Notes under the pieces: model-generated
Told to the model about the DNA's origin: nothing
The model's database searches: none
Seen by the model: the letters and a program-made list of their open reading frames with translations, nothing else
Source: Bilabrum cf. latius
Lineage: Eukaryota
Direction: 5' to 3'
NCBI GenBank assembly: GCA_965178125.1
Contig: OZ237756.1
Coordinates: 558,001 to 622,000, forward strand
Length of the DNA: 64,000 nucleotides
Shown: one piece after another, positions 38,093-51,581 of the stretch
Layout of the letters: the number at the start of each line of letters is the position of its first letter
How positions within the stretch are numbered: position 1 is the stretch's first letter
Position numbers and translations under genes: made by a program

Positions 38093-39748
38093 ATGACTAA
38101 TAAAGGCAAGACATACACTAGAGGTAAAATATCTTACACGTATGGTGATGAACCGACAAAAAATCAAAAAGATAGTGATAATTTAGAAGCCACTATTAAG
38201 GGACTACTTGATAAAGGGTTTAATGAGATACCAATCACTAAAGAAAGTATTAAAAAGATTCCTTTATACTCTTACGTTTCGTACATCTCAAATATCAAAG
38301 GAAAGCCACTATTTAGAAGAGGTGGGGTAATTAACTCAATATAGAAGGATGGAGACTATTTCACTTTATATAACTTAGTGAGTCGTGTTCATTTTAGCGT
38401 TCAATAGTCTAACCTAGTTCGTCTTTTTTATAAGATGACTAAAGCTTAGACGAAAAAACTTAATAAACCAACCGGTAAATTAATTGAAGTAGAAGATGAG
38501 GACGACAAAGACAAATTTAATTATAAACCAATATTAAAGAAACTATATTATGAAGAAGGTAATGTAGTCAGTCGTGATGCGTTATATGACCTAGCTAGAC
38601 AAAAAGATAAACGTATTAAAAGACGACAAGTAGAAAAGTGGTTAAATAACTAGATGCTCCACCAATTGACCAAAAAACGACCTAAACAGTCAGCAGTAAG
38701 TTCTTTTGTACCTACTAAGCCTTTCTCAATTTACGCATTGGACTTAATAGACATGCAAAAGTATTCAGACACTAATGACGGCTATAATTGGATATTAAAT
38801 ATAATGGATATATTCACAAAATACCTATGGAGTATTTCATTAAAAGATAAGACATTAGTTAATATAATTCGTGAGATGAAGAAACTATTTAAGAAACCTA
38901 ATTGGAGAAAACCGACTGTTATGTTAAGTGATAATGAGTTTAATAAAGAGGCATATATTAAATTTATGAATGACAATGACATAAAACCACTATTCACCAT
39001 CGCAGGAAATCCATAGTCTAATGGTGCAGTTGAAAGACTTAATAGGACTATAAAAGAATAGATTAGAAAAGACTTTGCTATTAAGAATGACAGTGATGGT
39101 GTTTGGCATACGTCATTATAGAGACTAGTAAGAGCTTATAATAAGAGAAAACACAACACTATAGGAATGTCTCCAATAGAAGCAATGAAACCTGAAAATT
39201 TAGAAGTAGTTAGATCTAGAATTGAAAATAAGAAATTATCAAATAATTTTGACGGGAATGATAAAGATCTTAATGTAGGGGATAGAGTTAGAGTATTACT
39301 TGAGAAGAACAAGTTTAAAGGGAATTTATTCAATTGGTCTAGAGAAGTCTTCACTGTTAGATAGAAGACCAAACCAAGAAATCCTAAGTAGAGGATTAAA
39401 TATAAAGTAATGGACAAAGAGGGAGAACCTCTTACTGGATTCTTTAATGCTTCACAGTTATAGAAGATAGACAATGTAGAACACGAAGATAAGGTAAATG
39501 ATGACATAGACAAGGAAAGTGAAGAGCCTGAAATTGATAATGTTGAAGGTTTAGAAGTAGAACCAGACACAATAGAGAAGTTTTTAGATAAAAGACAAAA
39601 TAAAGATAGACTTATTGAATATTTAGTCAAATATAAGGGATATTCTAATAAGTTTAATGAATGGATTACCCGTAAGAAATTAGAATAGGATTATGGGAAA
39701 GACCAAATACGACCACTTGCGAAAGACTATTCTGATAGATAGAGATAA
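38093..39748 (+). CDS. Retroviral-type (rve, DDE) integrase with C-terminal chromodomain, 551 aa
   Basis: One frame with about 12 TAGs: LYY...RDALY...WLNN*M, DLID, SDNE, P*SNGAVERLNRTIK, YN...H.TIGMSP, and chromodomain EYLVKYKGY...NEWI. Confidence 0.93.
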
Positions 39749-39978
39749 TTAATCTAGTAATATACTTTATGGCATAATACCAGCGCCCCAAATTGCGATA
39801 ATATATTAGGATATTAAGATATATTTCCGCAATTCTGGGCGCGTAGGTGTATTGATTTTTATAATTATGTCATTTTATGTTAGCCAGTGTTTAGATACGA
39901 CTTTTAAAATAATAATTTTTTCTAGTATTTACCATATTAATATAAAACAAAGTCAAAGAAATTATTTATAATAAGTAT

Positions 39979-40659
39979 ATGGAATTGTTAAATATAACAA
40001 GATACAAAAATAAAGACCTTCTAAAAAGAGTAGTCAAGTTAAGTGAAAAGTACAAGTGGTCTCGTGATGACTTAAAAATGTTATGGATTAACAAGCATTA
40101 TTCAAGTTTATAGGGTGAAATAGATGATGAAGGGGACGAGATAGCAACTATAAATTTAGTGAGACAACCGTCTAAAATAGAACCTATCTAGTTAAAACCT
40201 CCACAATTAGAACGACAATAGGCTATATTGGAAGATGTTGAATTAGATAGCGAAGACATAGAGGATAATAAAGAGGAAGACTATTTGAATGATACATATA
40301 GTGATACAAGTAGTGAAGTAGTGAGTGAAGTCATTGAAGAGAAACCAATTAAAGAGAAACCAAAACCAAAAATCAATATTAGTGATCTTACAGTGAGTGA
40401 TAAACCTGAATATGTTTATTGTGTAGAGATTAATGATACAAAGGTATATTTTAACAAAAAGAATACATAGACTTATCCTGATGCTTTAAGAAGAGGTAAA
40501 TCACACGCTGATAAAATGAGAAAGCGAGTATTAGGACATCTTCATTTTGATGAGACCGATATGTATGACAGCAACTTATGGTATGCTAAAGTGTGCTGGG
40601 GTGATAGTGATAAAATTCATGATAACTTTACAAAGTTTAAAAATATCTTATTAAAATGA
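39979..40659 (+). CDS. Hypothetical viral protein (226 aa)
   Basis: ATG to TGA in one frame with four TAGs; acidic middle region. Confidence 0.65.
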
Positions 40660-40678
40660 CCACTATATATATAGGTAA

Positions 40679-41185
40679 ATGAAAAACACAATTTGGAAGT
40701 TTTTAAATGAATACTTTGATGTCTTTAGTTTAATACTTAAAATACGAGACGAAAACCCTAGTGATGTCATAAGTACTATAATAGCAATGTATGAAGAGAG
40801 CGAAATAGAAGACCCAAAAGAGATCCATAAACATATGAGTGAAATACGTCATAACTTGGAACTTAGATTTAAAACAAAGTATGTTGAAGTCCTAAGCACC
40901 GATCACGATGACAAAGCAGAAAGCTATCTCCATCTTAATAATATATTATGTAATATTGAAGGAGAGCAATATGTGGAGGATAGCAAAATCAAGATGTCCG
41001 AGAAAAAACAAGTATTTATAAAGACTTACGGTGATGTGGATAAATTCAACGAGACTGTCCAAGAGATGGAACAAGAAGACGAAAAGACTAAAACAGGAGT
41101 AGAAAAAGAAATAGATCAAAAGTTAAGTCTATTATGTAATACTTCTAAACAACCAGACAATATTTGTCTAGATTATAAATTGTAA
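40679..41185 (+). CDS. Hypothetical acidic viral protein
   Basis: 168-aa ORF preceded by CCACTATATATATAG. Confidence 0.7.
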   Translation: MKNTIWKFLNEYFDVFSLILKIRDENPSDVISTIIAMYEESEIEDPKEIHKHMSEIRHNLELRFKTKYVEVLSTDHDDKAESYLHLNNILCNIEGEQYVEDSKIKMSEKKQVFIKTYGDVDKFNETVQEMEQEDEKTKTGVEKEIDQKLSLLCNTSKQPDNICLDYKL

Positions 41186-41297
41186 TATCAGTATGTATTT
41201 TAATTATAAAAATACAAATTGACAGGTTAGATACGACCGCCCCAAATTGCGGATATATTATAGCTATTCAAGATATATTTCCGCAATTCTGGGCGTC

Positions 41298-41612
41298 TCA
41301 CCGTGTTGATTTTTCCACACGTTTTAACTCATTCATAATTTCTAAATCAAGTAAGCCATTAATAATACGAAAATCTTTGTAATCTTGCGCCATCTAAAAC
41401 ATTCCTTCATATTTAGGCAACATAGCCATTTTAAGACCTAGGATAGACTTAATATCTTCGTAGGTAATAATCTAGTCTTTTTCTACTTCTTTTAGCTCTT
41501 CAACTTCACAAATACGAAGGTCCTTTCCATCAAAAAATTGATCAAAAGCTGTCTTTACCTTTTTTAATATATTGTTCAAACTTTTTATGTTATAAATATT
41601 ATTAAAGTTCAT
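41298..41612 (-). CDS. Hypothetical protein (104 aa) flanked by two hairpin repeats
   Basis: Promoter motif upstream on the minus strand; two TAGs; the TGA stop lies inside the repeat tail. Confidence 0.6.
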
Positions 41613-41768
41613 TTCTATATATATATAGTAAATATTTTTTGGCGGAATAATTAAACTTAGGATCTAACCGCCCGAAATTGCGGAAATATTATAGCTATTC
41701 AAGATATATTTGTGCAATTCTGGGCGCGTAGGCGTATTGACTTTTGTATTATTTTGTATTTATTTGTA

Positions 41769-42407
41769 TTATATTTGGTACCCTAACTAGAGGCAATTCC
41801 TCAATTTATCGTGAAGCTATTCGTAAGTATTATAAATGTAATAGCTAGAAGGGTTCAACTCTTTGATATAAGAGTTACGGTCTTCTAACATAGACTTCTA
41901 TTTATCTACTTTCTAATTCTTTAAAGTCTTCTAGAATAGTGAATTAGATGGAAGACATACAACTATACTTTCTTTTTTAAATAACTCATTAGCTAGACTT
42001 AACTCTTTAGTAAAGAATATTACTCTCTTCTCGCTACCTTCATTCAACCAGTTATCTTTTACCCATTGAAGGGCTTCTTTACTGGCTTTTCTATTAAGTA
42101 TATTATAATTACCCCAATCACTTTTTAACTTACATTCGTCTAGTTTCATAAGTAATTCGGGCTCCTAGACATATACTCCTAGAGTACTATCTAAATCAAC
42201 AAGTAAACAGTCTTTAGAACTAGACCGTAATATTTGACAAGCGGTAGACTTACCACTACCTTCAGGCACACAGATACATATTTTTTTACGTTTATGTAAA
42301 GGTTTATCCCATAACCACTACCAACAAGACATACCACCAGAGTATGCTAGAGGTAGTAAGACACTTAAACCTCCTACAACGACACTGCTTGAACTGATTC
42401 CATCCAT
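41769..42407 (-). CDS. Small P-loop NTPase/kinase-like protein with hydrophobic N-terminus (212 aa)
   Basis: ICICVPEGSGKST (Walker A-like) followed by LLVDLD; several TAGs; TAA stop. Confidence 0.65.
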
Positions 42408-42450
42408 TTTATTATATTAATAAAAAAGATATTTCTATAATTAAACTCAA

Positions 42451-43173
42451 TTATCCTGTTAAGAAAATACAAGGTACGACTTTATACTCTACTCCATTAG
42501 CATCAGTAGAAGTACCACTTGAAAAGTCTTCATCTACTAGAGCTTTTGCTACAATAGTCTAATCAACAGAGACTGGTTGAGGATTAGGCGCATAGACATA
42601 TCCACTATCAGAGCTATTAATTAAGTAATCACCCGCACTTACATCTCCTCCATTTTTATTTACTTTCACAGCTCCATCACCTAAAGATGCCACAAGTACT
42701 TTACCATCATCATGGTGTTCTCCTACATATACTCCAAAAGGTGGTGAATGTTGAGATGCTTGACTTACGACATATTCATTAGTTGTTGGTCCTTTATTAA
42801 CTACACTATCAAGAGTAACCACTGACCCAATACCAGCTGGTAAACTAGAAGCAACATCACTACAAGATGCAACATGTGTACCGGTAAATGATAAGAAGTT
42901 GGTTGCTGTCATAGTACTGGTTTGAGTGCCATCACCTGCGACATTGATTGAGATAGATGCACCTGCTGATGCTGAGTTTTTACCTATTCTCCATGTGAAA
43001 GACTTAGCATCTTCATTAGTACCACTCATAATATATGGTAGTGATTGACCATTGAAGTTAAGTCCAAAGTTAGCGGCTCCATCAAAGCCTTCTGCTTTAA
43101 TTGATTCTACTTCAATAGACTTACTCTTTAATTCATATTCATTTTTGTTTAAGAGATTGTATATTCCTGCCAT
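42451..43173 (-). CDS. Putative fibre/spike protein with intramolecular-chaperone-like C-terminal domain (240 aa)
   Basis: SFTGTH...VASLGDGAVKV...GDVSAGDYLINS..SGY resembles the FTGQH-type C-terminal domain of viral fibre proteins. One TAG. Confidence 0.55.
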
Positions 43174-43416
43174 TACTTATATTATATTAGCTAGACTAGA
43201 TATTTTTTTTTTAAATTACGAGATTTTAAAAAGTTAGTAGTATAAGATATAGTATAATACTAGCGCCCCAAATTGCGATAATATATTAGGATATTAAGAT
43301 ATATTTCCGCAATTCTGGGCGCGTAGGCGTATTGATTTTTATAATTTAGTCATTTTTAATATAGCCACCTCTTACAATGTAATATTTTTAAATTAAAATA
43401 TTATAGTATATACCAT

Positions 43417-44859
43417 TTAAAGACTTCTTAATCTTGAATCTAACCAAGATATTAGAGTATCAAGTCTCTTATTAAGACCTGAACCTTCACCAGTCTTACT
43501 TTCACTTGCTCCACTAGATGATTGACCTTGTGCTTCTTGTTCTTGTTCTTCCCGTTCTTGTGCTGCTCGTGCTGCTCTTGTTCTTGCTTCTTGACCTTTA
43601 CCAAGATCTTCACCTGCATCGCTTGCTACAAATTCTCCATCTGGTTGTCTTTCTAATAGTGTCCCTTCTGTCTCATCATCTAAAGGTTCATTACCTCTTG
43701 CTATCTATTCAGCAGCTTCATTCATTACATCACTTAATGCGGCTTCTCTTCGTAAGTCTGGATCTTTTTCCTTAGCTCGTCTAAGTCTTTCTTTAAGTGG
43801 AGTTCCTGACGGTTCTGCACGACTAAATGGGTTTGGTTGTCTTTTTCTTAGTGATAATTGTCTTTCAATATCTTTCTTTGCGTCATCAAACTTGATTCTA
43901 TTTAAATTTACAAATCTAGTTTTACTGTCAAGTCCCGATTGTCTTCCAGTCTTAATATCTTGAAATAAGCTCTATAAATCATAATACTACATATCATCTA
44001 TTGGCACACCATCATATTCATCACCTAATAGTGCTTTAAGTCTATCTTTTAGTACTGGTGCTTTAGATGTGGCTTTTGTTTTATAAATATCATTTATTGC
44101 TTCCATTCTTTTATTAAGTACATCTCTTTTTAGTTTAACTCGATCAGTTTGGCTTCGTAATCGTTCCAAAGCATAGCCTTTTGACTTTTTATCTCCTAAT
44201 CTTTCTAATAGAGGTACTATTTGTGTTCCTTTTGCTCTTTGTCTAACTTTTACAAGTCTTGATGCCATTGAATTAAGTTGAGCCTTAGAGAGACCATTTA
44301 AAGTTGAATCACTTACACCTCTCTCTTTAAGAAACTTCTTCAACTAGTCTACTGTTAAGTCATTCTCTAAGTCTTTGACATCTTTAGGTAAATTGTCTAT
44401 CTCTTCTGCTTCAATAAATAAGTTATTTAATGCGTCGTTAAGTTTTGACTCAGCTTTACCTTTTTGAAATAGAGTATTAGATGAGTTCATATATGGAATA
44501 TTCTATATCATCTTAGCAATAGCTTCAGCATCTTCATCAAGTAGTTCATTATCTTTAGCTAGTCTTACAACTTGATCTATATCTGCTACTTTATACTTTT
44601 TACCTTTCTTACTGTTATCTTTAACTCTTTTTAAAGTCCTTTTCATAAGATTTGCTATTCTTTTTAATTTTCTCTTTTCTTCTAATGGCATAAAGTCCTC
44701 TTCTAATTGAATCTTTTGTTTTCGTTTAGCTTCTCCTATAGCTGCTCTTATGGCTCTCTCTTCGTTTCTTACCTTTCGTCTTGCTTGACTTGTAGGGGCT
44801 CTACTTTCCACAAGTCCATCGAGTAAGTCTTCCAATACTGCTGTTCTTTTTTTAGACAT
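43417..44859 (-). CDS. Lys/Arg-rich helical protein (480 aa), possible virion core protein
   Basis: ORFs 44503 and 43987 and the downstream sequence are co-framed via TAGs; TAA at 43417-43419. Confidence 0.65.
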
Positions 44860-44898
44860 CGTATAATTATATTATGATAATAGATAATATTATTAAAT

Positions 44899-45342
44899 TT
44901 ACATACCATTTTCTTTTAATATTTTACTTGCTTCTCCTAGACTTACGCCATACTTCTTCATTACCGCACTCACTAATTTACCTCTTGCTTTAGCTTTTGG
45001 ATTAGGTTTCCTCTTACGCTTAGCCTTTCCAAGTCCTACAGTCTTAAGTGCAGCATCAAGAGGGACACCAACTTCAGGGGCTACAAACTTAAGACCTGTT
45101 CGTATTGCCTTTCCTACATTACTTTTAATACCTTTTTTAATTGTTCGCCCTACTTTCTTGAATTTACGACCTACTTTTTTAAAAAAGCGTCCAACTTTTG
45201 AACCACCTTGAACACCATTCATTTGATAGTCTTCAAATAATTCAAGTAGTTTTTGCTTAAATTCGTCTTTTAAATTGTTGACTTTGGCATTAGAGGGTGA
45301 TTTACCTAGTTGCTATAGTCTTTGTCTTATGAAATCGTCCAT
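44899..45342 (-). CDS. Basic virophage core-like protein (147 aa)
   Basis: GG dipeptide followed by the amphipathic basic segment FFKKVGRKFKKVG, and C-terminal RGKLVSAVMKKYGVSLGEASK. One TAG. Confidence 0.65.
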
Positions 45343-45627
45343 TATAATAAAGAACTATAATATTTCTTATTAATATATGGTTAAATTAACAAAGTAGTAG
45401 CTAAAGTATTATTCACGATTTGATGATCCTAACGCCGGATGGGGTTCGGTGTTGATGCCAGAGTGGGAGCGCGTGAACGTCTCGTTGGGTTCCGATGGCG
45501 GTTGCGACCGGGAAGGTGCGACCAAGCCAACGGATTGCTTGCGATGACGCGCATACCCTCTCTGTGTTCAGGAGAGGGGCGGAGATTGGGTAATTTTTGA
45601 AGAAAGTTCCTGCTCCGTTCATTTAAC

Positions 45628-48600
45628 ATGAACGGCGCCGGTAGCCATCGGATCGACCCGGCGGCGCGGGCACCTGGAAGCGCCAGGGTGATCGCCGCAG
45701 CTGCAGTGTTCGCTCGCGCGGTAGGCCAACCTGCGGTCACGTTGGCCGATTTAGCTACTCGATATGGTATGAATGATGCTGTGTTCTCGGATTTCATTGC
45801 TCGTCTCAACGTGCAGCGCGACACCATGGCGCCTCGAGATCTTGATCTTCAACGTGCACACGATGCGGGGTTCCTGTGCTATTTGCTCGACAGGTACTCA
45901 TCAAAGCAGTCCTTCACGGCATCACGGTCCATTAATGCTGTCAAGAGCACCGCTCTCGCCAAGTTCGTGTCAAATGGGACGCTAACGACTCTCGGTGCAC
46001 GGCTGCTTCTGCCGGCATCGCCGAGCTCCCCTCGACGGCAACAGCCTGAGCGACTCGCAGGACAAGTACGTCTTCATCATGTTCAGCAATCTCCAGAGGC
46101 TCCTTCTTCAATCGAGTCTCCATGGTCCCTGAGTTCACTACCGACGGGCCGGCGGACAGCTCCTCTTAGCGGACGGCATCGGCCACCAGGACGCCTCGAC
46201 TTCGGCGCCGCCATCCATGCTTCACCTGGACGCGACCGAACGGCGTAGAGTGCCACCAGGACAGGCCGCGGAATTTCGCCCTTGCGGGCGCGGCCAGGCT
46301 CTTCGACGACGCGGCAGGCCCCGCTCGCGCGCGGCGGGCGGGCCCACCTGCACGAGTCCCCGAACCGCGGGCCCCCGGGGACAGCAGCAGATACCCAGCG
46401 CAGCGCCCAGCCCAACTTCTCAACGTCTTCACCCCCGCGGCACCAACCTCCACCTGCCTCGAGCATGATCCCCGGTAGACCAGGCACTCGGGACTTCGGC
46501 GATCCGACAGTGCTCGCGGAGGCGCTCAGCAGTGCAGCATCACGGTCAACGGGCCCGGCAGGCCCTCAGCTTCTTCTTCCTCGTGTGTCTCCGGCTTACG
46601 ACTCCCCCGGCGTGACTCCGGGCACCAGCCGCTAGCTTGACGCGGTCTGGGGCCGCCTTCCTGGGGATCTCCAACGGGCAGTGTTGCACTCCACGACGCT
46701 GCGGGGAACGGCCGACCCAGCGACAATTCTGCATCTACGCCTGTTTGCGCTGTGGCACAGCATTCCGACTCTGCGCCAGGAAGAGCTGCTGTCGCGCCTC
46801 TCCGCCCACGTGGAATTACAATGGTACTTCTCGCACCGACTGGCAGCCTCGATGCACTCATCCCCGCCACCGGTCGACGCTACACCCGCTCATCAGCCAC
46901 CCCGTGAACCTCCTGTGTCATCTTCTGCCTCACCGCAGCCTGCGTCTTCAATTGACCCAGTTTCACCGGGCGCAGGCACGGCAGTGGACTCCGCGGCCGT
47001 TCGCTCGCAACCAGTGGAGATTTTGTAGCGTGAGGCCTCTGCACCTTCAATCGCTGCAATTCGAATGCAGAATTGGTTTTCTGATGATTTCTTGGCAACG
47101 TTGACCTCGATCTTTCGCCAATCCGCGTTCATGCCGCGGTTTTGCTAGGCTGACGCGCTTCATTTGGACGCTAGCGGCCGCGATTTCGCTGCAGAACTGG
47201 CCCGTGCTCTGTTTGGTCAGGCCGTGACGAGAGCCAAGATTGAATCGGCTATTTTCTCGTTCACGAGCCGGCTTCATGCAGCTCTGCCGATGAGCAATGC
47301 TAGTTTTGGGAAGTTCGATGCGTCCAACTCGGAGTCGTCTGCTGCAGGCGGACGAGAAAAGTAGGTGCCATCTAGCGAGTTACTATGCACTATTTACTCG
47401 GCTATTTCCTTTGCTTTAGGCTGTGTGCTCGTGCGCGCTGCTTGCGTGCATTCGGCGGCGTCCTTGCCGTCCTGGTTGCCGCAGGGCAGCAGCTCGTGGT
47501 CGTGTCCAGCATCACTAGTGCCCGATTGGAAAACCCTGGGGCAGGTTCGCAATGATTTTCTTCGTTTGGTTAGTGCTTCCGGGGCATCATCTGCATCGGC
47601 GTCCCGACTAGAGGTGGTGTTTGCCGCTGTGTGTGTGATACCACGCGGAAGTTCAGCCTTTGAGATGCTCTCCTCCCATGCTTGGCGCCATACAGGCGAA
47701 CGCTGTGACGTTGAGATTCGTGACCTTGTTGGGAATGAGATTCCTTCGTGCTCTTCTGGCGACTGCATGCGTCTCCTACAATTGCTGCATCCGTGGGCCA
47801 CTGAGGCATGCAGATCAGGCGAACCTGGCCTCGTGCGCGGACTGCTACAGGGAGTCCAGGCTGACATGCAGGCGCCGTCCCGTCGAGCAGCACTGTCCCG
47901 TCACTTCGACCCCCGCGGGGGCAGTGGAGGCCGGGGCAGTGGAGGCGGGGGCAGTGGAGGCTCCAGGCGCAGTGGGGGCGACAGCGACCAGCCCAGTACC
48001 GATCGTGGCGGAGGTCGACACCGTCGAGGCCGTGGACGTGGCGGTGCAGGCCAGCAAGGTGGCCAGCACCAGCGTGCGGACCGGCAGGACGGGGGTTCCA
48101 CCAGGAAGTCCAAGGAGCCTTCACCTGACCCTCCCCCACGAGGTACGTCACGTCAGAGCCAGCCCAGCACTCCAACACCAACACTGCCGCAGGGGCGTAC
48201 GCAGACTACCACCACATCGGACGCGTGTGCTGCTTCCACACCACCTGTCACGTCAACGCCCGCGCTTCACCCAGTCCTGGTGGCCCTAGCGCGCCCTAAG
48301 CGACCGCAGCGGCCGCCCACGGCGTCATCCACGAGGCTGCCAGGTAGGACGGACATCTCTCCAGCATTCGTTGACTGGGCATATCCAGCTCCGGATCCAA
48401 GCCATGAGTGGGCAGGGACGACAGCACCCTCCGTAGAGGACTTCATCCAGCGAAAGGACGATCACCAGCGTACCAGAGACTGTCCCGGCGAATTCGTGGA
48501 GGCTCCAGCTGCGACGTGGGACCGTGAGCGGATCCACCTGAAGGTTCACGAAGACCCGCTGGCATTCACGCCACGCAAGTACTTCGACAAGGTGCCTCGC

Positions 48601-51387
48601 TAGACTGCAACCCTGCGGACTCGGCGGGAGGTTCTGTTTGGCGGCCGCACACCGAGGAAGGCCCCGTCCCTTGCCGAGTTCAAAGCCCTCCCACGAGTCG
48701 AGCGTGTACTGGCAGCACTGAACTATGGTTGCCCCCTAGCCATCGTGGACGAGGTGCCCAAAGAGCACGATCTAGACTACAAGGACCGTAAGCTGTCTCC
48801 GGAAGAAAAGTGGGAGATCGCCTGCGAGATCGGGCGCTCCATGCGGGCTGGCGAGCGTGACTTCGTGTCACCCAAAGATTTCGACACAGCCCGGGCCCGG
48901 CCGCTGGTGATCCCCAAGAAGGACTCGACAAAGCTACGGTTCCTTCAGGACTCCTCACTCAAGGTGAACGGCCAGCGTACCGGTCTGAACAAGGCCATCG
49001 ACTACAGTGCAGCCACGCCTGTGCAGCAGACGAGCAGCATGGACGTGCTGCGCTCGGCAGCCGCAGCAGTTCGATCCTGCCCCAAGCGTGCCAGCGGATA
49101 CGTCGTCGACATTTCCTCGTACTTTCGGGTCCTGCCGGTGGCAGTGGAGGATCTCCAATACAACCTGATCAAGCTGCCCGACGGGCGCATCGTGCAAGAC
49201 TTCAGGCTCTCTATGGGCAGCTCATCATCTCCCGCGTTCGCAACTACGATCAGTTCGGCTTTGGCCCAAGCCCTCGAGGAGCAGTCCATTGGCAGGGCCA
49301 TGCGACCCGGACGGAGACACAAGCAGAAGCAACGACGCCGGCAGCAGCAGCACGCCAACGCCCAATCCAGCACGACGGACCAGGCGCCCCAGGCGAACTC
49401 GTCAGCAACGTCCACCCCGCCTGCCGCTAGCACGACAACGGGACAGGTCAAGACGGCCCAAGACTAGTCCCGCCATTGGTAGGTCGAAAATGAGGTGTTT
49501 GTAGATGACTTTGCCTGCCTCGGCGGAGATCACGAAGTCGATGCATGGGCAATTCGAGCCATGGGGCAGCTGGACTCCACAAACTTCCCCGTCAGCATCT
49601 CGAAAGCATTGAAGCAAGGGGCCCCAGCCCCGGTGTTCGAGTACTTGGGCCTCACCTACGACTTGATCAAACACGAGGTGCGGTGCCCTAAGGACAAGGC
49701 CACCGACGTCCTGCGCAGACTGCACGAGGCACTCACGACGAAGGGGATGCTGCTGTCTAGCTTTGAGACCTTGGTCGGCAAGTTGTCCTTCCTGTCGGGC
49801 GCACTTTATGGTATGCGCGGTGCTCTACGTCCCCTGTATGACGCCAAGGGCTGGGCCCTTCACAAGTAGGCCAGCCGGTCACGACCAGGTGAGGTGTGGG
49901 TCCCCACCTCCTTCGTGTCCAAGGGTGGCTTCACAGTTGGGGAAATCCTCGAGGGATTCCAGGTGGCTATCCAGCGCAAAGGCGGGCGCAGTTTTCCGAT
50001 GCGGGGCACCATTGACTGTCCCATCATTCGCACTGATGCGTCGGTGACAGGCTACGGCGCCGAGCTACTTCTCCACGACACGGACGGAAACATCACATCG
50101 CACACCGGCATCCACGGCACTTGGCCGCATCGCCTAGAGGCGAAGGATGTAGCGGCGGCAGAACTTGCAACATGTTTGTTGGCACTGGCGCATTGGCGAC
50201 AGCACCTGCGTGGACGTGTGGTGCGTTTGTGGTGTGATAATGATGCTTCCGTGTAGCTGATACGCTACGGCAGACCCAAGAGCCACATCATGGCAGCCTT
50301 ACTTCGCCCTATCTTCGTACTGCAGACAACGCAAGATGTGCAGATTCACGTGAAACACATTCCTGGCGAGGACAACATCGTTGCGGACGCTTTGAGCCGC
50401 GGCTCACAGGAGGCATACACGCACCTGGACGCGGTGTATCAGGTCGACTGTCCCACGCCGATCTGGAGGACCTTGTACAAGCACGACCATTTCACGCTGG
50501 TGGCCACTCTGGACTCAGTGGGTTGCGCACGGCGTGGGGGCACTTCGACAACTTCCTCACGTGGTACGACATCGACCGCAGCTTCATGGACGGGCATCTT
50601 CCAGCAGCTCGCAGACTCTTCGCGTTCAGGCTCAATGCAGCGCTCTCGAGATTTGCAGTCTTCTTAGGGGAATGTTCGCCTCTCAGTGGCGGCACCATCG
50701 CTACATACACCAGAAATGCCTAGCGAGTCGTCATCGAGTCCACAGGAGCGTGCGGCGTCCCACGGTCAAGCTAGCTCGACAGCATCCTCCGGTACTACCA
50801 CAAAGCATCGCCATCGGCGCACCCGTGGCGTCGATCTTCAGCCCCACTCCGCGCAATCCGACGGTGTTTCTCGACAGCCGGTTGCAGCACAACAGAGTAG
50901 GCTGCTCGGGCAGCTGTCTGTCTCTGCTTCTGTGGGGGCCTCCGGCTGGGAGAGCTCGTCGGTGCGTCCAGACGACAAGCCGGCCTCCAATGGCAGCAAG
51001 TGCAGTTCATCACGCGAGACGGACGCATCCATGGTGTTGCCATCCGCCTGGGCCTCCACAAAGCCGACGGTCCAGCCAAGTTCTCCATCCAAGCCGCAGA
51101 GCCCATCGCAGTCCATTGCAGAGCCGGACGATGGGCAGTCACAGGCAGCAGGTTCTGCGGCGTGCGAGCCTTCGTGGCGTGGGCAGCAGCGAGCCACGCC
51201 CCAACTGCAGGCGCAGACGAAGACTACGCCCGGTAGCTGGCGCTCAGCTGCCCCACGTCAGGGCCAGTCTTCGTGGCGAACACGAAGCCGATCGTCAAGG
51301 CGCAGGTCGTACGGGCGCTCCGCAGCTTCTGCTCACGAGAAGTTGCAGGAGCGGTGCACGGACATTCCATCCGCATCGCGGCAGTGA
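45628..51387 (+). CDS. Ngaro gag-like/RT/RNase H polyprotein (1919 aa under TAG=Gln)
   Basis: One frame broken only by 11 TAGs. RT motifs IPKKDSTKLRFLQD, DISSYF, LSMGSSSSP, FVDD, YLG. RNase H motifs TDAS, AEL, CDN, HIPGEDNIVADALSR. Confidence 0.88.
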
Positions 51388-51581
51388 TGTGTTTGGACCG
51401 TGCTGGGGTCGCCTTCGAGGTCATTAGGCGATTCGGCAGATGGAAGTCGGCATCTGCATGCGAGGTGTACTTGCGGGGCGTCAGGGAAGGCTTGCCTCCT
51501 CTGGAGCTCGGCGGCAGGAGCCTCGATTTGAACAGGCCAGTGTGGGTGCTGGCCAGCGCGCTGCGGCTGAACTTGGAGTGA
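50523..51581 (+). CDS. Ngaro tyrosine recombinase, overlapping the polyprotein in another frame; start unresolved
   Basis: LRLGEL, HKAD, GHSIRIAA, GRWKS...Y (R-K-HxxR-W-Y set). Four TAGs; TGA stop. Confidence 0.88.
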
